From contig OZ316893.1 in assembly GCA_973895155.1 (NCBI GenBank), forward strand, positions 744,860 through 808,859: a stretch of 64,000 nt of DNA. Direction: 5' to 3'. This DNA is from Marsupella aquatica (taxonomy: Eukaryota; Plantae; Marchantiophyta). The notes below the pieces were generated by a model, which worked only from the letters and a program-made list of their open reading frames with translations, searched no databases and was not told the DNA's origin. A program made the position numbers and the translations under genes. Positions 14,739 to 25,022 of this stretch are shown here, piece after piece (position 1 is the stretch's first letter; every line of letters begins with the position of its first letter).

Positions 14739-17700
14739 ATTAAACTATAGGGGGAATGAAATCACATTCTTGACCAATTGGTGAGTTAGAGTAAAGTTTC
14801 CTCCAAAAACAAAACTACCTAGAAACTGACAATGAGCAGCACCAAAGGCAGGTCATTGTAGCGTGCAAGGAAACAGTAAAAACAAATCCTTGCACGAGCA
14901 ATTTTTCTACTCACATCATGACCCCTATTTGTTTTACATCCAACTGCCTGGCTGACAACAACCTGGTCCGTAACATCCATTTTGGGGACTCCTCTAATGG
15001 CTAGCAAACCTGCTAGCCACATGGAGTCTTAAATAAACACTAAAAATACGAAAGGCAAAAATCAAAAGAAATTTAAAACCACTACACTGTTCACAGCAAT
15101 TAGTCTTGATGATACTAGTTGTGTAACCTAAACTTTTTGGGTCTACTCTTTAATTAACATGTTAATTATATTAACTAAATTAATTATGGACTAACACAAT
15201 AGTGTATATATATGCATTACATAGTATTAGTGTAATACTAATTCTGGTTTTTGCATAACACTATTTGGAGAGTAACAGTAATTCTAATTGGAGAGTAAAG
15301 ATAAAATGACATTGCTCTCTCATCTCAAACAGCTAGGGACAAGAGTGTATCTCATGCACCCAAGATCACTAGAAAAAGAAAAGTCTAGAAAAAAAAAGTT
15401 TAACTCCAGGGAACACAGTATCAATAGGGCTATACTACTTGCCAAACAATGACAGCACAAAATAAGGAGCAGGACTAGACAGATTTGAATTGCTTTATTA
15501 TGGTTTAGGGAATTCCAACCCTAAATAGTCCTAGCCCCAAAACTTACCGCATTTAGTGTTATTTTCTATTCAAATCTAGCCCACTCTTAATTAGGATTTA
15601 CCAACATTAATTTACAGACTAACAATTTTTTGAGATAACACAGTGAACGGTGTAGTGACTCGCTAACAACACTGTCTTTCCTTGCTAAGTAAAACTCCTC
15701 TCCTTGAAACTCATGAGGCATGCATTATACAATACCTCACCCTTGGCGCTGTGAGGTTAACATAAACTGAAGGTGACATAGCTTCATCGACCTCACCATC
15801 AGCAAACGAGTTTATTTCCAGTCTCGCGCGTGTACATACCACCAAGTAGTGAATCACGAGTAAGTTTCAACTTAACTTGTGCAGAACCACTTCAGTTCTT
15901 CCTGCAGTGAACTGAAGACTGCTCACCCGCGATGCCTAGTTTAGGGAACCATCACTTCTATGGCGTTTGATCAGAAGCGCCTGGATAACTTCGCAAATTT
16001 GGCGGATGACCCAGGTTAAAGCTCCTTGTGTTATTAATGGCCCGACTTTGATAGTCATTTGTTTCAGAAGTTGATACGGATAGATTAGGGGGCATCAAGA
16101 CATCGTTTAGAGCAACGTAGATTCGAATTGGGCTAGCAAACTTAGTATCAGAGACACTTGTACAGGCAACAAGTATTTAGCTTGAAGAGTAGCATTTCTT
16201 AAAATTGAAGCTAAGAGTACTTCCCCTGATTTCTTGGAATTTCTGGGCCGTCTAACAAATACCATTTCTATTTGCATACCATATAAAACTCAATTTTTGA
16301 GAATTTCAGACATCGCTCAGACTAATATCGATCTGAAGATTCCATAGGAATGAGTTGGGAACTTGGGGGTTTCACTTCAAAAGAGGTCTCATATCACACA
16401 AAATTTTCAATTAATACATACTAAATTTTATTTAAAAAAATAAAATAAGTTTTTATTATTTTCTAGTCCCTAACTTTATGGAAATTATATTTATTTAACA
16501 ATTTTTAAAAAATAATTCACACAATTGAATTAAAAAACCCACAACTTTTTTGTTTGCAATGAGTGGGAAAGAAAAGAAGTGAGGGAAAGAAAAGAAGTGA
16601 GGACCAGGGGTCAGGAAATACATTCACTCACAGAAGTATGAGCATACCACTTATACCACACAACTGTTACATTAATTATAAAGCAGACCGACCATTGAAG
16701 ATTGAGGTAAAACATGTAGGGGAGCAGATCGAATAGATGAGCTTTTGACTCTATGCACACAAAATCCAGTACTTAGCAGTCGTCAATGTATATAACATCC
16801 ATCTGATACAAAGATTAACCAAAATTCAGAGCATTTATAATCTGGCACTGGAGCTACTGAGAAACAGGCTGCAATTCCTCGAGTCTAGTACATACTTTCA
16901 GATCGGACTATAGTGGCCCTTTGCTAATTATTGCAATCTTCCTCCTTCCAAGAAATCAAACGCAGATTGAATTTTCGCAGCACTCTATAATTTAAACGGA
17001 AGCTAAACTAACAACGACGGCCCACTCTGTATGAAGCAGTGGCTTGAATGTCGTGGGCAAATGATCTCCTGTGTCTATCGTTCTACGCTTTTTGAAAAAC
17101 AATGTATTTAAAGTCCATCTCTATGAAGGACTCGCTTTCCGAATTGTCTGTTTGCCTGTCTTCACACATTAAGGTTGCTAGAAACTCGACAACCTCTTCG
17201 TGGTTCTATTCAATTCGTGCGCGCGCAATTGGATGGCATATCTATACTTCCACAGTAGATTGAATCTCAGCATCTTGTGTGTCCGTCCTACAGGACCGAG
17301 CTTCTCCACGTTATTATCCTCGACACTTACCACCCGCTCCGGTATTAATTTAGACTCCACCGAAGCATCTCTCAGCTTCTACTTCAGTTTATATGAGCCA
17401 AATTCAAACCAGACCATAAGCTAAAATAGACACAACGCGATGCGCAGTTAGCATTATTTACTCTATTGCAACATCTCTCATCTCTCAGGAATCCATACAA
17501 AATTCTCTAGGGGGAAGAGGTACAATCCCACGAGCACAGTAGCCAACCAAACCATCTTGATAACCACACCTCGATAATTCATACGTACGGTATAAGGTAC
17601 GTTACGTTCCACACTCAATAGTGCAAAAGACACATGAGCATCATTAGTCTCAGACTGACCTCAACCTAATTCATAACAGCTACAGTCAGCAGACCCTCTC

Positions 17701-17886
17701 GTTTAACCTTCTCCAGAGCCACTCGTTTGATCTATCAGCAGCTGGATCCAGAGGAAGTCGTTTCCTCCATCAGCAGCTGGAACCAGAGCTACGAGCTTCG
17801 AAATTAGACTGGTCACTGGAGAAACAGGATCTACTTCTTCAAGTCTACATACTCGCGGATCCTACTGAAGCGGCCCTTCGCTACGC

Positions 17887-18243
17887 TTATCCAGCTGCTG
17901 GTTCTGGTTCTGACATCGCAGCACCGTGCCCTCCTCTATGCGTAACTGTGGAAACAAAACTATTCATGTCATCGAGAGGCTGTTGGATTTTATAGTGATT
18001 CTGGTAATCGGCTGCGCCGAAGATCCCCAAAATGATAGCTAAAAACACCACAGACACGATGAATGGAACCCACAACCACAATACAATCAAGAGGATGGCC
18101 ACAACCGGTAGAGGAGCTGGTTTCGCTTTCAGTATCTCCTCCAGATTGCTGGTATCGCTCGGCTTTGATACCCGGCCCGCACCGCCCGGATAGCTGTCTC
18201 GTTCGGCCTCCGACCAGTAGGATCCATTCGATCCCTCCATCAA
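17887..18243 (-). other. Possible fragment of a decayed membrane-protein gene (unassigned)
   Basis: ORF with a long hydrophobic stretch (PLPVVAILLIVLWLWVPFIVSVVFLAIILGIFG); there is no ATG start and no family was recognised. Confidence 0.25.
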
Positions 18244-18984
18244 TTATATAATGATGATTCGAACGAGAGATGATCGAATTTGTTCTGAATTGCAACAACT
18301 TCCACTGTCTTGACGGCTAAATCATTCAAAACACAAGAAATCCCCGGGAAAATCCCCACTCACTCTCGCCCAGGAGACGTTGTAAGCTTTCAGTAGTAGG
18401 AGAGAAGAAAGCTGTGATCATGTTTACCCGTATCTCACGAGGCATAGTCTGAGTCTGCGACTCTGGCATGGAGGTTGCACCTACATTTCTGTGGTTCTTG
18501 CTGAAGCTGTGGATCCCCTCTCTGCAGGACAGTCCGTCCATCTGCTTAAGCACTATAATATATCAATACCATGCCCTCCGTCTCTGCTATCTGCGGTTCA
18601 GCTCAGCTGAGAGGAAAAAAGCAGCAGCATGCAGGAACCATAGCATCCTGACTTTCTTTGTGCAGATAAGAATCTGCCCACATAATCAATATTCTGAGGA
18701 GAAAGGTATAACTTTATTCCTTTGCTAGGGAGCTATTGCAGTAGGTGGGCCGGAACCAAATACTTCTGAGCTCTTATCGCGAAAGATCAGTGACGTTACC
18801 GTGATGCCTTCCTGCCCCACCTCACTACCGGCCTAGAATCTACACCAATGCAGATCTCGTCGATAGGTCAGCTTACATTAGTAGCCTGAGCTCATTGAAC
18901 ATGGCGATGAAACCTTCCCAATTTCTTTTTTGTCGTAAACGGAAATGGGAAGAACACTTAGTAGTCTCTCCCACCTTCCCAGGT

Positions 18985-21812
18985 CGTCTCTCCCACTCTC
19001 ATCCCCCTGAGCATAGACGTCTGCGTCGCTCTTGTCGTTTGGCCCAGGCTGGTGAATATCGTCGGGCTGTCCAGGCCCTTTCTCCCACCACACCAGCACC
19101 CCCTGGCGAGGTCACCTCGTCGGCCCTTCAGGATCTCCATCCGCAGTCCCATGATCAGCTCCCTTTGTTCTTAGAGGATTTTGAGCCTGAGGAGGATCTT
19201 CAGTTTAGTAGGGACCACTTCACCTATGCCTTCCTCCATGCCCCGCGTTGCGCTGCTGGTGGCCCCTCCGGCTATGTCTTTGAGCATTTTCGTGATTTAT
19301 TTCCCCCTGAGGATCCTCAGTTTGGTTTTCCAGTTTTCTTCTCCTTTTGCCAGTGTATTGCAACCGGTCGTTTGCCTCCTCCCGTCTCTCGGCTCTTGAG
19401 TGCTTCTCGTTTATTGGCCATGGCTAAGTCTTCACCGGGTGTTCAGCCAATTGCTATTGGGGAGGTTTTTCTTCGCCTTGTGTCTCGCACACTTTCCTCA
19501 CAGTTTCGCTCTGCACTATCGGATCATCTCTCTCCACATTAGTTTGCAGTGGGCGTTCCTGGCGGTTGTGAGACAGTTATTGCGGGTATTCGAGCTACCT
19601 TGGACCTCCACCCTGATTGGGTTGTCCTCCAAGTTGATGTCTCTAACGCTTTTAATACAGTTTCTCGGGCAGCCATTTTTCGTGCTTTGAGGGCGGCGGA
19701 TCCAGATATCCAGTCCCTGATCCCCTTTGTTCGTTGTTTTTATGGACTCGAGGCCCCACTCTTCTGTAGTCATCACTCCTCTACAGGAGTGTATACCACT
19801 CTTTCTTCTGCAGAAGGTACACGTCAGGGTGACCCTTTGGGTGGGCCTCTTTTTGCCATTGCCCATTTTTCAGCTTTACGGGAAGCCACCATGGCCCACC
19901 CCCAGTGTATCTTCCCCTCCCTTTCAGATGACACCCACATCATTGGTCCTCCTGCCGCGGTTACTTCTGCCCTCGCCACTCTTTCCACCCATTTGATGGG
20001 TCTCGGTTTACGAGTTCAACCTGCGAAGAGTCGTGCATGGAGTCCAGCTGGTTTACCCTCTGATCTTGCGCTTCCCCCAGGGTTCTTACGTCCAGTCGAT
20101 GGTCTTCGGGTCCTTGGCTCCCCAGTCGGTTTCGTCTCCTTTTGCTCATCTTTCATCGCTGACTCTCTACAGGCTGCCTTAGCCCCTACTCCTATGCTCC
20201 CTAAGTTAGCAGATTCTCAGGCAGCATTTGGGATGTTGTTGAGGTGCATCCACCCTCGTGCGTCTTATCTGGCTAGGACGCATCCCCCTACCGAGGATCT
20301 TTGTCTCCACCTTCGAGCATTTGATGTATCCATTCGTGAGACTCTGGCCTCTCTTTTAGGGCCGGGAACGTTGCTCTCATCTCCGTGGCTTCATCGACAA
20401 CTCGGTCTTCCTATTTCGCAGGGTGGTTTTGGGCTTACTTCCATTGAGAGCCTTGCACCTTTGGCCTTTTTGGGTGCGTGGGCCGCCTTCTCCTTGTTGG
20501 CCGATCGTTTCCTTATTGAGGATCGCCCTTTTTTACTTTCATCTCTCATGGAGGTAGAGGAGGGTTCCCTCCCGTTTCAGGTTCATTTGCGCGCAACACG
20601 GTCATCATTACCAGATCCCGTTCGTGCTGCGTTACCTTCTTTTCAGGAGTTTTTATCCTTGGATCCCATCCGTCTTCAGGCAGACCTCGCTGGGCGTATG
20701 CACGCTTTTACCCTTTCCAGCATCCTCTCCGAGGCACCTGACACGGACCGAGCTCGGATTCTTTCTTCCGGAGGGAAGGGCGCAGGAGGATGGCTTCAGG
20801 CCAATCCAGTCATTCCTCATTTGCGGATGTCTTCCATAGAGTTCTCCACAGCCATGCGTCTTCGTATGGGGCTGCCCCACCCACTTCTTGCAGGTTTACC
20901 TCCCTTCTTGCACTTGTGGGAAGCCTTGTGATGCCACAGGTGTCCATCTTCTTCGGTGCAGCTTGGGAGGTGAAACCATTATTGTTCATGATGTTGTGCG
21001 AAATGCAACCGCTCAGGTTCTCTCTGGCTCTTTGGTATGCGTGCGGCGGGAGATGGTACTCGAGTTACCTGGTCCTCCATCACAGCGGTTACGGGTGGAT
21101 CTTACCATGGTCCGTGAGGGTCAACGTACTTTGGCAGATGTAGTGGTGGCAAACCCATTGCGCCAAGACATCATTGCGACAGCGGCAACAACGGCAAGGG
21201 CAGCAGCGTCACGTGCGGCAACAACGAAGGAGGCCAAATATGCTGCACGAGCTTCATCCGACAGCTTCCTCCCCCTTGCTCTGGAGCTATTTGGGCGTCT
21301 TCATCCTCAGTTTGATGGGCTTCTTCGGCAAGCTGCTCGGGATGTTCATGGCCGATTGGGTCCCACCGGGCCCCCGCTTTCTGTTTTGACCACGCACTTT
21401 CGCCAACGCATTTCAGTCACCTTACAGCGTGCTCAAGCTCGGGCCATCTATCGTCGATCTCTTACAGTGGGTGCTAGTGTGCCTCCGCAGCGGCTAGCTC
21501 CCCTCGAGGATGTTCCAATCCCACTTGCTGATCTAGTTTTGACCCTTGATGTGGACCATTAGCTTTTTGCCACATTCGCTAGGAATGATGAGGACCTCGG
21601 TCCGGTTGGGTTAGTTTTAGTCTCTCTTTTTTGGTTTTTAGAGGTTCCTTATTGCTCATTTCTTACTTTTAGTTCCTCTTTCTTGGTGTTTAGTGGTTCC
21701 CTTTTGCTCACTTCTTTTACGCTTGGTTTTGTCCACTTGGACCCTCTTTTGTTTGTTCTTATGTACTCTGTTTGGTCCCTTTGTATATAAAAAGTGTGTG
21801 TATTTTTTCCCA
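18985..21812 (+). mobile_element. 5'-truncated non-LTR retrotransposon of CRE-like (early-branching, RT + C-terminal restriction-like endonuclease) type; single ORF broken by a stop (19540-19542) and a frameshift (~20900)
   Basis: RT motifs VQPIAIGEVFLRLV, QVDVSNAFNTVSR, GTRQGDPLG, SDDTHI and GLRVLGSPVG; LPISQGGFGL; zinc knuckle CTCG..DATGVHLLRC; RLE motifs HDVVR, RVDL..(x10)..ADV, KEAKY and FLPLALELFGRL; T-rich 3' UTR; TTCCCAGGT duplicated at 18976-18984 and 21807-21815. Confidence 0.9.
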
Positions 21813-22112
21813 GGTTCTACATCAACTTAATTGGCCCATCACTGCAATCTGCCCAATGACACCGTAGTCCACTAGTCCCATACCTTCACCTCTACGTCTT
21901 GAAGAATTCCAAGTTTTCAACAATTCTCATCGATAGCTACAGGCCCGCGTTGACATACAGAAGCAATCGGACACTGACAACATGTAAATTGATATTGGTT
22001 CTCTTTGCTGCCAGCGTAACATTAGGCTTGCTCCTCCCTATAATATTGTGCCTTTATACCCTCCGTGGTGCCTCCCTCCAAGTATAGTAAGCTCTAGCTG
22101 AGTGCACACTCC

Positions 22113-22322
22113 CCAATAGAAGCATTTGCTGTGCACTTAACTAAAGTTTGCATTAGGTCGTAAGTGCAAAAACTTGTAATTTGCACTTAGCAAAACTATT
22201 GTATGGTCGGATCTCTGCCCAATAGTGGCATTTTCTGTGCACTTAACTGGGGTTTGCATTAAGTTATAAGTGCAAAACCTTGGAATTTGCACTTAGCAAA
22301 ACTAGTGTATGGTTGGATCTGT
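22113..22322. repeat. ~106-bp tandem duplication, each unit with a TAAGTGCAAA/TTTGCACTTA hairpin
   Basis: GCATTT(G/T)CTGTGCACTTAACT...TAAGTGCAAAA..TTG.AATTTGCACTTAGCAAAACTA.TGTATGGT.GGATCT at ~22122 and ~22228. Confidence 0.8.
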
Positions 22323-22793
22323 TTGTCAGTATTATTGACGTATCATAGGGGGGATGTTGAAGATATAAAAGATCGAGCTCCACATAGTGAACCAATTGCA
22401 ATAGGGACTCAAATCTGTCACAGGCTACATTATAAATGCTATATAGTACTCGCGATGATATATGACTTATAAGCTAGAGCTGTACCTTGACTTGCAATGG
22501 GCCCTTTGTGAGTCCACATTCTTGTGACTTCCATACTAAATTGTACAACAAGTCTGAATTGTGATCCCTTCCTCATAAGTGCAACTTTTACCTAGTCTAT
22601 GTAAACAAGACATGCACTCATCAAGAAGTGTAAGTCCAAAGGAATGGGGCCTTATCCTTAAGTGTTCATAAACCCTCTAGAGGCTTTGCACTTATGGATT
22701 GTGCACTAGTGAGAGCTGACTGCACAGTAGCTCCCTGCATGCACCAGGTGTAGGCTGCAAGTGTTTTGTGCACGAGTGGCCCACTACAGTGCA

Positions 22794-23121
22794 CTCGGGG
22801 GGGTCACTATATGGAGGGTCATACATCGCGTGCAACGTTTTAGGGTTTGACCCCCCTAACTTTAAAGTGAAAAATATTTTTTTGCAAAGCCCTTTCTTTC
22901 TTAAAATTTTGTCATTTTTTATTAAAAAACCCCTAAAACTTTATAGAAAGTATTTTTTGCAATTAAATAGGCCTATGTGTTCTTTAAAGTCGACCAATCA
23001 ATAAAACATGCCCTATGTGTTCTTCCACCAAACTTTGGAAGTCTTCCGCCACACCCATTTAAATGGGCCTATACTTCGTCGCACGTGATGTGTCACTTCC
23101 GTGGAAGTGACCCCCCCCGAG
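22794..23121 (+). mobile_element. MITE, family A copy 1 (328 bp, 8-bp TSD ACAGTGCA)
   Basis: TIRs CTCGGGGGGGTCACT / AGTGACCCCCCCCGAG; ACAGTGCA at 22786-22793 and 23122-23129; internal similarity to copies at 55608 and 56081. Confidence 0.9.
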
Positions 23122-23847
23122 ACAGTGCACCCTTGCCAGATCAATCCATCTAGTTTATACTATAATAAAAAATCCAGTTCCTTTTCTCAGTGTTATGTTT
23201 GCAAAATCCAATTTGGGCTGAAAGAAATTGTGGTCATTCAAGTTATGAGGGTCTTCTCCAGCACCTTCAGATTAGCCAAAACACCCTTGCATGCTTGCTC
23301 TTGCCAGACAGCCGGTCATAGATCTTAAGTGTTTTAATGTTTACTAGCAGAGCATTATGGACCATATTAGCCTCTCAAAACTCAAGTTAATGGCCCTCAT
23401 TTTACTGGTCATTATGCTGTTTCTAGTACATCTAAATAACCAGAGTGCAAAATCACATTTGGATGAGGCAATTTCTCCTATATTTTCACTAAAATTTGTA
23501 AAACTATCTCATCGTAATAATGTTTGTTACCAGAGCATTTTGGACCATAATAGCCTGTCACAGCACGAGCTAAAGCTAATATTACCTACATTATTTGTAC
23601 TCAAACAAGGCCTAAAACATATAGCCAGTGGGTCCACTAACTAATTTGTGTTTAGAACCCTCCCAGTAACAACAGTTTGGTAATAGCAGGATCCACCAAA
23701 ACGACAACATCTTTGGAGCAATAACCACCCAGCAGAGATGATGATACTTAACATGACCACACAAATGACATCGAAACACAACACTTTGGCAACAACCACA
23801 ACATGTCCGAAGTGCATGACAACCCAGCCACAACTACAGTCAACAAT

Positions 23848-24235
23848 AGGGCGTCGCAAACCAGCTCATTCCCAGTGGTTTCTTGTGACTGAAATGTTAT
23901 GTGCTGGGTGACGGACCAAAATTTTTGGTTCCCACCAAAGGTGACTGTCAGTAACTTGGGCGGTCAAACACACGACCGCCCACACCAAAACTTGCTTTAC
24001 GCAATATGCGTTTGGGCCCTTCAAGAATTGTTCACGCCCTTTGGGATTGTCAGCGATCGACCATTCTAAAATTGTCGGCACCCAGATGACCCACGGGAGC
24101 TTGTTGAAACCCATCTCAAACCTGAAACCTTGCGGATTAAGTTGGCCTGAAAATTGGATTTTGGTCTAGGCCGTGGACATAGATTTCTTAGAACAGCAGA
24201 ACGGAAAAATCATGAGAGAACAAGTTTGAGGCCCT
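23848..24235. mobile_element. Non-autonomous MITE derivative of the Pangu-like Harbinger family
   Basis: Left end AAT|AGGGCGTCGCAAACCAG matches the TIR AGGGCGTCTCAAACTAG of the 57186-62375 element; right end AGTTTGAGGCCCT|TAT; 23915-23968 aligns with the reverse complement of subterminal 62257-62305. Confidence 0.7.
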
Positions 24236-24922
24236 TATTAAGTTAACTGCTTCAGATTGGGCTTCAGTGTAGTAAGGCACTGCAACGTCAGTGGCCCTGG
24301 TCTTGTCCTCGGTGACCCAGCATTTTCACTGGGTGCCGGCAAGCGGAAGTAAAGTGTGTTGTGAAGACAGACGGAAGAATCACGGAAGTGCCGATATTAA
24401 TACCATTCTGCAGCAGTGCACGGAATACTTACCTACTACAACGATTTATATTGTAGCATGGCCGCCCTCATGCTATAGCTTGGGACCGCCCGACTGACCC
24501 AGCATTTCCAGCTGCGCGCAGACGGGCAAATAGTAATAGCATGCTCGTAAAGCCCCACTAGCTTAGGAATCAATTTCGTTTCCACCATCAGATTTGATCC
24601 TGCTGATGATTGGTCCGCTTGGAGAATTTCTTCTCTTGTAGCTCATCTAAAGCTCTGATGACATGCAGGCTGAGCGCATTACGACATGGTCAGAGAAATG
24701 TGGTCCATGCTGTTTGATCTTTCCGTAAGTCTCAAAACCGCCTCCATGACCCACCACTTCATCTGGAAGTCCCTCGTGTCCTCCCTATGGATTGTATTCA
24801 CATGCGTGTCGCCTGAGAGAAAATGAAGCTCGTGGCAAATGCCCCACTGCATTGTCTTGTTCGTAGATCTTAAATTAGTTTAGATTAGTCTATTTGGATC
24901 AAAGAACTTAACCCGCCTCTTA

Positions 24923-25022
24923 TGGGAAATATACACATACTTTTTACAGAAAAAGCCCAAATAAAGTACAAAAGAAAAAACAAGAGAGGTCCCAAGTGGA
25001 CAAAACCAAACGCAAAAGAAGA
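24923..25022 (-). mobile_element. 100-bp extreme 3'-end copy of the CRE-like retroelement, 9-bp TSD CGCCTCTTA
   Basis: The reverse complement aligns with 21711-21812 (CTTCTTTT.CG.TTGGTTTTGTCCACTTGG...AAAAAGT.TGTGTAT.TTTCCCA); CGCCTCTTA at 24914-24922 and 25023-25031. Confidence 0.85.
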
